DNA from: Armatimonadota bacterium | GTDB lineage: Bacteria; Armatimonadota; SYMT01 | Direction of reading: 5' to 3' | Assembly: GCA_046292385.1 (NCBI GenBank) | Contig: JBKBRF010000022.1 | Span: 1-64,000 of the forward strand | DNA: 64,000 bases | In this document: piece after piece, positions 47,729 through 56,548 of the stretch | Position numbering within the stretch: the stretch's first letter is position 1 | Layout: every line of letters starts with the position of its first letter | Translations under genes and position numbers: made by a program | The notes under the pieces: model-generated | The model's database searches: none | What the model saw: only the letters and a program-made list of their open reading frames with translations | What the model was told of the DNA's origin: nothing

Positions 47729-48874
47729 CTACGCGCCGAACGCGTAGACGTAGCCGTCGTTCGCCCCGAAGATCGCCAGGCCGTCCGAAACCGCCGGCGA
47801 GCTCATCACCGGCTGGCCGACTTCGTACGACCACAGCTCCTTGCCGTCCGCCAGGTTAACCAGGTAGACGCGCCCGTCCTCCGAGCCGAAGATCACCTTC
47901 CCGTCCACCACCACCGGCGAGCTATCGACCTTGCCGCGCGTGCGGAAGGTCCAGATCCCCTTGCCGGTCTGGCGATCGATGCAGTGGAGCTGCTTGTCCC
48001 GGCCGCCGATCACGATCCGGCTGCCCACTACCGCCGGCGACGAGAAGTAGGGGAAGTTGCGGTCGCGGTAGGTCCAGAGCACCTTGCCGGCCTGCACGTC
48101 GGCGCAAAGCACCTGGTTGCCGTAGTGCCCCAGGTAAGCATACCGTCCGTCGACCGCCGCTGATCCGGCGATGTAGTCGCCGATCTCGACGTCGCGCACC
48201 CGCTTACCGGTCGCCAGGCTCACCACGTAGAGCTTGCCGTCGCAGCCGCCGAAGATCACCTGCCCGCTGCTGATCGCGGGGGTGCCGTTGACGTAGTTGT
48301 CGGTCTCGTGGGTCCAGACCGCCTTACCGGTCGCCGCATTCACGCAGTGCAGCCGGTTATCGTAGCTGCCCACCAGCACCCAGAGACCTTTACCGCCGGG
48401 GGCCGAAGCGACATTTGCCGCGCCGAGGATCTTGTCCTCGGTCTTGTACCGCCACGCCAGCTTGCCGGTAGCGGCGTTCAGCCCGTAGAGGTAGCCGTCG
48501 TCCGCGCCGATCACCACCACGCTGCCCGCCAGGCACGGCGCCGCTTCGATCTTGCCGCCGGTCTTGTACGACCAAAGCCGCTGACCGTTGCTCTGGCGCA
48601 GCGCGAAGACGGTGCCGTCGCCGCCGCCTACGAAGACCTTCCCGCCGGAGACCACCGCGGTAGCGGCCGGCTGGTTGCCGGTCTTGAACTTCCAGACCGG
48701 CCGGAGCTTGGCCGGAAGCTTTCCGGAGGCGAGGCCGAGCTGCCGGGCGCTCCCGCGGAAAAGCGGCCAGGCGGCACCCGCGGCGCTGGCGGTGCCCGCC
48801 AGCAGCAGGCCGAGCGTGACCCCCGCGAGGGCACGGCGGGTCAGGCGAGGAGGGATGTCGGGGCGTACTTCCAT
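47729..48874 (-). CDS. PQQ-binding-like beta-propeller protein (exported)
   Basis: RRAL signal, WPLFRG, repeated SSP/W docking motifs. Confidence 0.88.
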   Translation of the reverse strand: MEVRPDIPPRLTRRALAGVTLGLLLAGTASAAGAAWPLFRGSARQLGLASGKLPAKLRPVWKFKTGNQPAATAVVSGGKVFVGGGDGTVFALRQSNGQRLWSYKTGGKIEAAPCLAGSVVVIGADDGYLYGLNAATGKLAWRYKTEDKILGAANVASAPGGKGLWVLVGSYDNRLHCVNAATGKAVWTHETDNYVNGTPAISSGQVIFGGCDGKLYVVSLATGKRVRDVEIGDYIAGSAAVDGRYAYLGHYGNQVLCADVQAGKVLWTYRDRNFPYFSSPAVVGSRIVIGGRDKQLHCIDRQTGKGIWTFRTRGKVDSSPVVVDGKVIFGSEDGRVYLVNLADGKELWSYEVGQPVMSSPAVSDGLAIFGANDGYVYAFGA

Positions 48875-48987
48875 GTTCGGGCTCCGTGGCAGATCACCAT
48901 GGTATACGCAAGTACCACGCAACTATGAGGCGAGGCCGGCGTGATGGTTTCGGAACGCCACGAAGACGCAGTACCCCGGGACGCGCT

Positions 48988-49116
48988 TCAGAGGCCGAGC
49001 TCGTCGACCGATTCGGCAAGCAGCGCCCGGTCGATCAGCTCGTCGCAGGCTCGTGAAAACGCCTCGTCGCGGGCTTCTTCCAGCCACTCGGTGATGATGC
49101 CGGCGTCTTTCAACAT
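48988..49116 (-). pseudogene. 42-aa small ORF resembling an Rpn/DUF4351-type C-terminal fragment
   Basis: MLKDAGIITEWLEEARDEAFSRACDELIDRALLAESVDELGL; not in the ORF track (under 60 aa). Confidence 0.35.
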
Positions 49117-49181
49117 GAGTAAGATCCGTCACGGGCGCGCTGCGCTTCGACGACGTTCCCCTCTCGGGAAACGGTGGCAAG

Positions 49182-49538
49182 TGTCGCACGCTGTAAAGTT
49201 ACGCCGCTGACGGCGCAGGCGGGACTTGCCGCCGTCCGGCGCTCCGGAGGGGCGCGAAATGCTCGGCCGCCTTCGATTTCCCACCCTAGTCATCCTGAAG
49301 GCACTGAAGGATCTACGTCGCCCCGTCTGCGCCGGAGCGGGAGGCTTGACGCACGGAAGGGCACCGGCAGCAGAGTCCGCGTCACCCGCCTGCGTACTCC
49401 GTTCCCTTCCGGCTGCCGAGATCCTTCACTGCGTTCAGGATGACTGGGATGTACGCCGGAGGCAGCCGTTCGTCTCTCCGGATAGAGCGGCAGAACCTAC
49501 GCCGCCCCCCGGGGGCACCAACTTTACAGCGCGCGACA
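49182..49538. mobile_element. 357-bp MITE with 19-bp TIRs and CAAG target duplication
   Basis: TGTCGCACGCTGTAAAGTT / AACTTTACAGCGCGCGACA (1 mismatch); CAAG at 49178-49181 and 49539-49542; REP doublet nested at 49289-49444. Confidence 0.8.
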
Positions 49539-49634
49539 CAAGCTCTCGCCCCCGCGTCAGCGGGGTCCAACACGAAATTCCCTCCACGCCGGGGTGATCC
49601 GAACTGTGCCTTTCAATGCAGCTCGACCGGCTGC

Positions 49635-50807
49635 TCAGACACCGGCTCCCGCTCCGAGGACGGCGCGATAGAGCGTTGCGAACTCTGCCGCTCCGATCTC
49701 GCGGGGGTTGAAGCGGGCAGTCCACTGCGCCGCCGCCTCCCCCGCGAGCAACTCGACGTCGACCTCTCCGGCCGGCACCGCCGAGGTCTCACTTCCGAGC
49801 CGGAGTAGCGCCTCGAGACGGCTGACCAGCCGCTCCACCGCCTCTTCGGCCGGCGCATCGGGGGCAGCGATGCCGGCGAGGACGGCCAGGTCTCGGTAGG
49901 TCTCGCGCGCCTGCGGCTCCGCCGCGTTGAACCGGACCACCTGCGGCAGCATGAGCCCGACGGCTATCCCGTGCACGGTGCCGTGGTGGGCGGTGAGCGG
50001 GTTCGCGGCGGAGTGCGCGGCGCCGAGCATGCTGTTCTCGATCGCGAGGCCGGCGTAGGCGGCGCCGAGTTGCATCCGCGCCCGGGACTCCAGGTCGTCC
50101 GGCTGCTCCAGCACTCGCTCGAGTGCCCCGGCCGTCAGCCGGAACGCCTCGCGGGCAAAGAGGACGGAGATCGCGTTCCGCTTGCGGGTGACGGCCGACT
50201 CGACCGCGTGCGCCACCGCATCGATGCCGGTGGCGTGGGTGACGTGCCGCGGCTGCGAGACGGTGAGCGTCGGATCGAGCAGAGCGATGCGGGCTGCCGC
50301 CTTGGGGTCCCCGCACGCCATCTTCTGGTGCGTCTCGTCGTCCGCGATCAGCGCGAACGACTGGCACTCGCTGCCGGTGCCGGCGGTAGTCGGCGCGGCG
50401 ATCAGCGGCAGCATCGGGCGGGTCGCCTTGCCCACGCCCCAGTAGTCGTGCATCCGGCCGCCGTTGGTGAGCAGGAAGTTGGCGCCGCGCGCCGTGTCGA
50501 TGCTGCTCCCGCCGCCGAGGCCCAGGAGCCCGTCGATCCGCTCGTCGCGGGCGAGGTCGCGGCACGCCTCCACGTCTCGCGCCGTGGGATTCTCCCGGAC
50601 CCGGTCGAAGAGCGCCAGCTCCACGCCAGCGGAGCGGAGGGCCGCGCCGGCCCGGTCCACGTGGCCGGCGGCGACGATCCCCGGGTCCGTGACCACCAGG
50701 ATGCGGGTAATGCCCAGCTCCCGCGCCAGCTCTCCGAGCCGCTCGATGCTGTTGTTACCGAAGACGAGGCGAGTGTGCGGCCGGAAATCGAAGCCGGAAG
50801 AGATCAT
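49635..50807 (-). CDS. Iron-containing alcohol dehydrogenase
   Basis: GGGSSID, PTTAGTGSE, DAVAHAVE, AAHSAAN, HG. Confidence 0.93.
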   Translation of the reverse strand: MISSGFDFRPHTRLVFGNNSIERLGELARELGITRILVVTDPGIVAAGHVDRAGAALRSAGVELALFDRVRENPTARDVEACRDLARDERIDGLLGLGGGSSIDTARGANFLLTNGGRMHDYWGVGKATRPMLPLIAAPTTAGTGSECQSFALIADDETHQKMACGDPKAAARIALLDPTLTVSQPRHVTHATGIDAVAHAVESAVTRKRNAISVLFAREAFRLTAGALERVLEQPDDLESRARMQLGAAYAGLAIENSMLGAAHSAANPLTAHHGTVHGIAVGLMLPQVVRFNAAEPQARETYRDLAVLAGIAAPDAPAEEAVERLVSRLEALLRLGSETSAVPAGEVDVELLAGEAAAQWTARFNPREIGAAEFATLYRAVLGAGAGV

Positions 50808-50971
50808 TAGGGTCTAGGGTTCAGGGGCCAGGGTTTAGACCCCAACGGTGGGCGCACCCGGGATCCGTAAGGAGAGCACCGCAGCTAGAAGCTTGAGATT
50901 CGGGTCCAGGGTAGCTCGCGTGAGGCGGCAGTCGTTACCGCAGCCACACCCTGGACCCTGGACCCTAACCC

Positions 50972-52402
50972 CTAGAATGCCGAGCGCTGGATGGCGCGGC
51001 GGCGGTAAAGGAACTCGAAGAGGTTGCCCTCGTGCGGCTGGTCCCACTCCACTCTCGACGTAGGGAGCGGCCCCAGGTTCAGCCGATCGATGAGCGGAGA
51101 GCCGATGAGCGCTTCCGTCCACGCCGGGTCTTCGGTGAGGGCGGTCACCACGAGCGACGGCCCCATCTGCTCCAGCATGCGGGACTGCGGCATCTCGACC
51201 ACGCTGGCGTACGGAAAGAGGAACTCCCGGTTCGCCAACGGGTGCTCCCAGGAGTCGCAGCGGACGATCGTGGGGCGCAGGTAGGTACAGCCGTCGAGGG
51301 AGACGGAGCGCTCGCCGGAGCGATAGCGCGCCGTAACGTCCTCCGCGCCGGGGGTGCCGAGCCCGTCGTCCAGCGCGGCGGTGATGTACTCCGCCATCTT
51401 CGGGTTGGCGAACCCGGCGAGCTTTGCGTCCGGATCTTCCGCCGGCTTCGGCTCGATCTGCGCCAGCCGCTCCGCCACCGCCGCGGCAATCTCATCCCCG
51501 TAGCGCGGCGTCAGGATCGCGGAGGCGTTGATGCAGCTCCGGCCGCTGTTCTCCGCGATGGAGGCGGCGATCAGGTCGACGAACTCCGGCCAGCGCTCGA
51601 CCATGTCGTCGCCGATCAGCACCTTGCTGCGGCCGGGACCGTGCACCTGCACGCCCGGGTTGCCGGCGTAGCGCTGGACCGTGCTCTCATCGCCGAAGAT
51701 CAGCGCGCGGCCGCAGGTGTCCATCACCGCGCCGCTGCCCTCGTGGTCGGTCGGGTAGAAGCTGAACGCCTCCGGCGGCGCGCCCGCGGCGATAAACGCC
51801 TGGATCACCCGGTACGGGGTCCACGGCTCCTCGCGACCCGGCTTGAGCACCACCGGCACCTTCAGCGCCACCGCTGGCATCCAGAGCGAGTTCACGCCCG
51901 GAGAGTTGCTGGGCAGCACCACCCCCAGCGCGTCCGTAGTGGCGAAGTAGCTCACCGGCACGCCCGCCTGGGTCCCGAAGCCGGAGTCGATCACCTCCGG
52001 GTCGAGGCCGCGGGTGAGGCCCTTCAGGACGGTCGGCATCTGGCTGAAGACCTGGTGGATCTTCCCCATGTTTCGGCGCACGAGCGCGTGCGGCAGACCG
52101 CTGGTGTGGGAGAGGGAGTCGACGTACTCGTCGGAGGTCTGCGTCCGGCCGTCGGTGCCCAGCGGCAGGGTGCCGCCCATGAAGAGGTCGCCCGCGTGGG
52201 AGCAGAGGTCGAGGAGCTGCACGACGGTGAGCGACCTGAACGCGTCCCGGTTCGGACGCCGCATGTCGCGCCGGATCATCCCGGCATTCGCCTGGCTGAT
52301 CTCGGCCACCGGCTCGCCGGTGCGGATGCTGGTGATCTTCACGCGGTCCAGGCTCTCGTACGGCTGGCCCCGGCGGATCACCGGAATATGAGGAATCGAC
52401 AT
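50972..52402 (-). CDS. Aldehyde dehydrogenase-superfamily enzyme, acylating/LuxC-EhpG-like
   Basis: VLPSNSP, LKPG, HGPGRSK in place of ELGGK, SGRSCINAS catalytic Cys, EFLFP. Confidence 0.8.
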   Translation of the reverse strand: MSIPHIPVIRRGQPYESLDRVKITSIRTGEPVAEISQANAGMIRRDMRRPNRDAFRSLTVVQLLDLCSHAGDLFMGGTLPLGTDGRTQTSDEYVDSLSHTSGLPHALVRRNMGKIHQVFSQMPTVLKGLTRGLDPEVIDSGFGTQAGVPVSYFATTDALGVVLPSNSPGVNSLWMPAVALKVPVVLKPGREEPWTPYRVIQAFIAAGAPPEAFSFYPTDHEGSGAVMDTCGRALIFGDESTVQRYAGNPGVQVHGPGRSKVLIGDDMVERWPEFVDLIAASIAENSGRSCINASAILTPRYGDEIAAAVAERLAQIEPKPAEDPDAKLAGFANPKMAEYITAALDDGLGTPGAEDVTARYRSGERSVSLDGCTYLRPTIVRCDSWEHPLANREFLFPYASVVEMPQSRMLEQMGPSLVVTALTEDPAWTEALIGSPLIDRLNLGPLPTSRVEWDQPHEGNLFEFLYRRRAIQRSAF

Positions 52403-52483
52403 AACTCGTTTACTACCCGGCGCTCCCCGGTGCCCGGGGAGCGCCCTCTACCATGGAGCGCGGAAGACAGCCGCGCCGACTTT

Positions 52484-53740
52484 CTACTTCTTCCGCCCGC
52501 CGACGGAGATCAGGTGGCTCTCCGTCCGCAGGTACATCACGCCATCCGCGACCGCCGGAGTGGAGTGGCTCGCCTCGCCGAGCTCGCTGCGGCCAAGCAC
52601 CTGGAGCTCGTCCGAGGCGGCGATTACCACCACCTCTCCCTGCGCGTTGATGGCGTAGAGCTTCCCGTTCACGCAGACCGGCGAGCCGAAGAAGTTGCCG
52701 CCCACCCGCTCCATCCAGACCGTTTCACCGGTGTCGGCGTTGATGCAGTGGACGATCCCGGCATCGCCCCAGATGAAGACGCGGTTCCCGATCGCGATCG
52801 GCGTGGGGACGTAGGCGATCCCGCGCTTCACCTCGTAGGCGATCTGCGGCGCGGTCTTCCCGGCGCCGGAGCCGGGCTTCACCGCGAACGTCTGCTTGTC
52901 CCCGCCGCCGTTGCCGGAGCCGGCGAGGATCAGCCCGTTCTCCAGCACGATCGGTGACGAGACGTTGCGCGCGCGATACAGGTCCCGCAGCTCCCAGTTC
53001 AGCTTACCGTTCGCGGGGTTCAGGCTGGTCATGCCGTGGGCGCCGTTGGTGAAGATCACCTCCGCCGGGCCGCCCTCGGGGCGGTAGACCACCGGGGTGG
53101 CGTACGGCGCGTCCTTGCTGAACCGCTCGTACTGCCAGCGCACCTCGCCCGTCTTCGCGTCGAGCCCCACCAGCAGGCCGTTCTCCGCCTCCGGCTCCTT
53201 CGCCACGATCACGATGTCCCCCACCAGGATCGGTGAGGAGCCCGCGCCGTGCTGCGCCTTGTAGCGCCCGAGGTCGCGCGTCCAGAGCGGCTTGCCGCTG
53301 TGATCGAGGGCATGGACCTTGAACGCGTCGGGAGTCCCCCAGATGAAGTAGACCCGCTCGCCGTCGACCGCCGGGCTGCCGGAGGCGGCGTTGTTGTACA
53401 TGTGCAGGCCGTACATCGGGTACGGCTGGGAGTAGGTCCAGGCGATCTTGCCGGTAGCCGCGTCGAGGCAGTGCAGGTGCCGGGTGCCCGTCTCCTGTTC
53501 CGCGCTCGCCAGGAAGAGCTTCTTCCCCCAGAGCACCGGTGAGGAGTGACCGATCCCCGGCAGCTTGACCTTCCAGTTGTAGTCCGCCGGGGTGAACTGC
53601 ACCGGCACCGTCGTCGCCTTGCTGATCCCGGAGCCGTTGGGCCCGCGGAAACGGGTCCACTCCTGCGCGTGGGCCGGAGCGCAGCAGACCAGCGCCAGCG
53701 AGCCGGCCGCCAGGGAGATTCGCCACCACCGTCTGCTCAT
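52484..53740 (-). CDS. PQQ-binding-like beta-propeller protein (exported)
   Basis: Signal peptide, WTRFRGPNGSG, GHSSPV, GSSPI, YVPTP, STPAV. Confidence 0.9.
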   Translation of the reverse strand: MSRRWWRISLAAGSLALVCCAPAHAQEWTRFRGPNGSGISKATTVPVQFTPADYNWKVKLPGIGHSSPVLWGKKLFLASAEQETGTRHLHCLDAATGKIAWTYSQPYPMYGLHMYNNAASGSPAVDGERVYFIWGTPDAFKVHALDHSGKPLWTRDLGRYKAQHGAGSSPILVGDIVIVAKEPEAENGLLVGLDAKTGEVRWQYERFSKDAPYATPVVYRPEGGPAEVIFTNGAHGMTSLNPANGKLNWELRDLYRARNVSSPIVLENGLILAGSGNGGGDKQTFAVKPGSGAGKTAPQIAYEVKRGIAYVPTPIAIGNRVFIWGDAGIVHCINADTGETVWMERVGGNFFGSPVCVNGKLYAINAQGEVVVIAASDELQVLGRSELGEASHSTPAVADGVMYLRTESHLISVGGRKK

Positions 53741-54318
53741 GATCCGCTCCTTTCACTAGGCCCGTTCGGCCTAGCTAGGACTTCAATGCCTTCACCCGTC
53801 ACCACAAAGTGCGAGTCGAGGTTCTCGCTGCGCAGTAGGCGCCAGTGCTCTCCAGGCAGCGAGTCGTCCGGCCAGACTTCCAGACAGCACCCCTCGCTCA
53901 GCTCCAGCCGGAACCCGCCGACCGAATCGGCGGCAATTGCCTCAACCCGGAGCGGCTTCGCCTCGTGCTGCCGTAGAAACTCCTGCATCCGCTCGGTGCG
54001 ACGGTTCGGGTCTCGATCGTAGTCGAACGTCTCCCAATCGAGATCCGGATCATCCCCGGCCCGATAGTAGAGATCCCGGCGAGCTACGACGATTCCCTCG
54101 GGTCCGGTGATTCGCCACGAACACTGGACGTGCAGTCCCCAATCAGGCCGGAGCGCCAACTCGCCTTTGCCGCGGCCACGCTCCCGAATGAACTCACGCA
54201 GCTCGCCGAACTGGAAGACTTGCAAGTCCCCCGCGCGGTGCGACCCACAGAGGGGCTGCCCGTGCAGCGCGGCGAGCGCCGCCGCTATCTGCTTTGGATC
54301 CAGTAGCAAGCGTGCCAC
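53737..54318 (-). CDS. Hypothetical protein
   Basis: FQFG...LHVQCSWRI...GGFRLELSEG..LEVWPD..EHWRLL; stop overlaps the downstream ATG; start uncertain. Confidence 0.6.
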   Translation of the reverse strand: MARLLLDPKQIAAALAALHGQPLCGSHRAGDLQVFQFGELREFIRERGRGKGELALRPDWGLHVQCSWRITGPEGIVVARRDLYYRAGDDPDLDWETFDYDRDPNRRTERMQEFLRQHEAKPLRVEAIAADSVGGFRLELSEGCCLEVWPDDSLPGEHWRLLRSENLDSHFVVTGEGIEVLARPNGPSERSGS

Positions 54319-54374
54319 CTTCGGTCTCGGGCACCAACCTCGCGACACGAGTTCGATTGAGGACTGGTCACTCC

Positions 54375-55445
54375 CTAGTAAACGCCCTCGATCGTCTTCT
54401 TCTCCATCGCGCCGAACGGCCGGACCTCGCCGACGCCGTCCCACGGGAAGCGCTCTTCCCACGGCTCGCGGCGGATCGCCTCGTCGCGCTCCAGGAAGCG
54501 CGGCATGAAGAACTCCTTCGTGAGCGTGCTCAGCTCCACGCGGCCCCACTCTCCGTAGTCGACGGTGCGGTCGGTGTCGTTCGGGTCGACCACCCGCAGC
54601 ACGGCGCGCGGCTGCGGCGCGTGGTAGGTGATGCTCCAGTTGTCCTCCGCGGAGAGCGGGCGGCTGCAGGCGAGGCCCATCAGCGTGTTGCCGTAGGTCG
54701 GGACGAACTGGGCGCGGTTGTCGAGCACCTCTTCCACCAGGAAGCGGACGTTCTGCGGCGTCATCTGGGTCCCGCCGCAGAAGACGCCCTTGATGCCGGC
54801 GTCCGGCACGGAGAGCTTGTCGTCGAGCGCTTCCAGCAGCTTGGGAGTGGTGAAGAGGCAGGAGATCTTCCGGTTCTTCAGCAGCACCGCCCCCTGCTCC
54901 GCCACGTGGTCCTTGTACTTGTTCGCCGTGGCGGCGTCCTTATCGGCGATGAGCCGCTTCACCCAGCGGGGATCGAGGTCGACGTGGTAGCAGGAGCCGC
55001 CGCGCACGTGCGCCAGGTGCTCGATGCAGAGCCGGAGGCGCCGCGGCCCGGTGGGGCCAAGCATCAGCCAGTTGCCGCCCTTCGGGAACGCTTCCTCGTC
55101 CAGCGTCTTGGAGAACTCCTCGTAGTCGCGCAGGTGGTCTTCCCAGGAGACCCGCTGCTTCGGCATGCCGGTGGTGCCGCCGGTCTCGAAGACGTAGAAC
55201 GGCCGCCCGGCGTAGGCGCGCGGCACCCACCGCTCGTTCGGCTCGTCCCGGAGCCACTCGTCCTGGAAGTGCGGGAAGCGCTTCAGGTCCTCGTAGGACT
55301 CCACTTCCTTCGCGGGGTCCCACCCGGCCTGCCGGGCCCAATCGAGCCAGAACGGGGAGCCGGTCTCCGGGGAGAAATGCCACTGCACGATCTCGCGCAC
55401 GTGGGCGTCAAGCTGTTCCTTTGCGGCACTGGGAGATAGCGTCAA
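54375..55445 (-). CDS. EhpF/PaaK/LuxE-like stand-alone adenylate-forming enzyme
   Basis: WHFSPETGSPFW, ETGGTTGMPK P-loop, PTYGNTLMG, FLERDEA. Confidence 0.75.
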   Translation of the reverse strand: MTLSPSAAKEQLDAHVREIVQWHFSPETGSPFWLDWARQAGWDPAKEVESYEDLKRFPHFQDEWLRDEPNERWVPRAYAGRPFYVFETGGTTGMPKQRVSWEDHLRDYEEFSKTLDEEAFPKGGNWLMLGPTGPRRLRLCIEHLAHVRGGSCYHVDLDPRWVKRLIADKDAATANKYKDHVAEQGAVLLKNRKISCLFTTPKLLEALDDKLSVPDAGIKGVFCGGTQMTPQNVRFLVEEVLDNRAQFVPTYGNTLMGLACSRPLSAEDNWSITYHAPQPRAVLRVVDPNDTDRTVDYGEWGRVELSTLTKEFFMPRFLERDEAIRREPWEERFPWDGVGEVRPFGAMEKKTIEGVY

Positions 55446-55533
55446 CGTCGTGTTCCTTCTACAGCCTCACCGGCATCCGTATTACCGATCCAAAGCTCTG
55501 GGCCGCGTGGGCGGCGCCTCGCGAGCGGGACAC

Positions 55534-55980
55534 TTACCAGAGGTACCGCTCGTCGTATTCGACTTCGTACTCTCGCAGCAGAGTCAGGTATTCCTCCTGA
55601 AAAGTAAGCTTCCGGTGGTGGGTTTCCTGCCTGGCGATGTAGGAGCGCACTTGAGGAACGTCTCCTACCCCTACGGTGAATGCTCCGTACCCATCCTGCC
55701 ATGCAAAACGGGAGCACCCCTGCACTCCGTGAATCCACTTCGACGATTCGTGCTTCACCTCCCGCAAGAGATCTGAGAGGCGATGTGTCGCTCGGAGCCC
55801 CGCCAGAAGGTGGATGTGATCGGCAACGCCTCCAGCGGCAAGCAGTATGCCGTTCTGACTCCGGATTACTCCGCCCACGTAGGCGTAGAGCCGATCGCGC
55901 CAGTCGCTCTCTAGCCACGGCTCCCGGTTCCTGGTGCTGAAGACGATGTGATACCGAAGCGAGACGTGCGTGGACGACAC
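55534..55980 (-). mobile_element. tnpA: IS200/IS605-family (RAYT-like) HUH Y1 transposase
   Basis: YHIVFSTRNR, DHIHLL (HUH), FAWQDGYGAF, YIARQETHH; no tnpB adjacent. Confidence 0.92.
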
Positions 55981-55991
55981 CGGTCAGTCCT

Positions 55992-56513
55992 CCCGCCCTT
56001 CCAGGGCGGTTTCATTTCATGCGCTGCTTTCCGGGGGCTGCGCTGCGCTGACCCCCGGCTACCAACTCGTGCCCCTCCGGGGCACCCCCGCCGCGATCCC
56101 TGGGCCTTCCCTTCCTTCGGCCGCCTCGTTCCCCGCACTTCAAAGAGGGCTGTGTGCTCCCTCATCCGCTTTCGGAATGCGTCCCCCGGCAATCACCTCA
56201 CGCCCGTCTGGGGAATGGCTGTGCGGTCATCCATGGCCCGCTAGCTCACCACTTGGGGTGAGTCAATCGCCTGAGATCAGCGTAGCGCAGCCGTTGTCTC
56301 GCCCGCGGCGCCTCCGAGGGGCACCCCCTCCCCAACTTTGGTGACCCGATCCGCCTATACCGCGGTGGGAGAGCTATCCTTCGATCACGATAGATCCGCA
56401 TCCCGTAGTGAATCCCGGCGCCCCGGAGGGGCGTCGAGACGATAGCCGGGGGTCAGCGCAGCGCAACCCCCGGACTCCGCCGGTCCACCGTCCCCTGCGC
56501 CCTGAAGGGGCGC
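55992..56513. repeat. Inverted pair of ~100-bp REP-like palindromic units upstream of tnpA
   Basis: CCGGGGGCTGCGCTGCGCTGACCCCCGGCTA unit with GCCC(C/T)TCC(A/G)GGGC hairpins at ~55992-56085, inverted copy at ~56416-56513. Confidence 0.8.
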
Positions 56514-56548
56514 GAGAACCTGACGGTGACAGCTCTTCTTCGCGAGGA

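Noticed and set aside
50972..55445. Phenazine biosynthesis cluster
   Set aside because: No phzA/B, D, E, F or G homologs in the window
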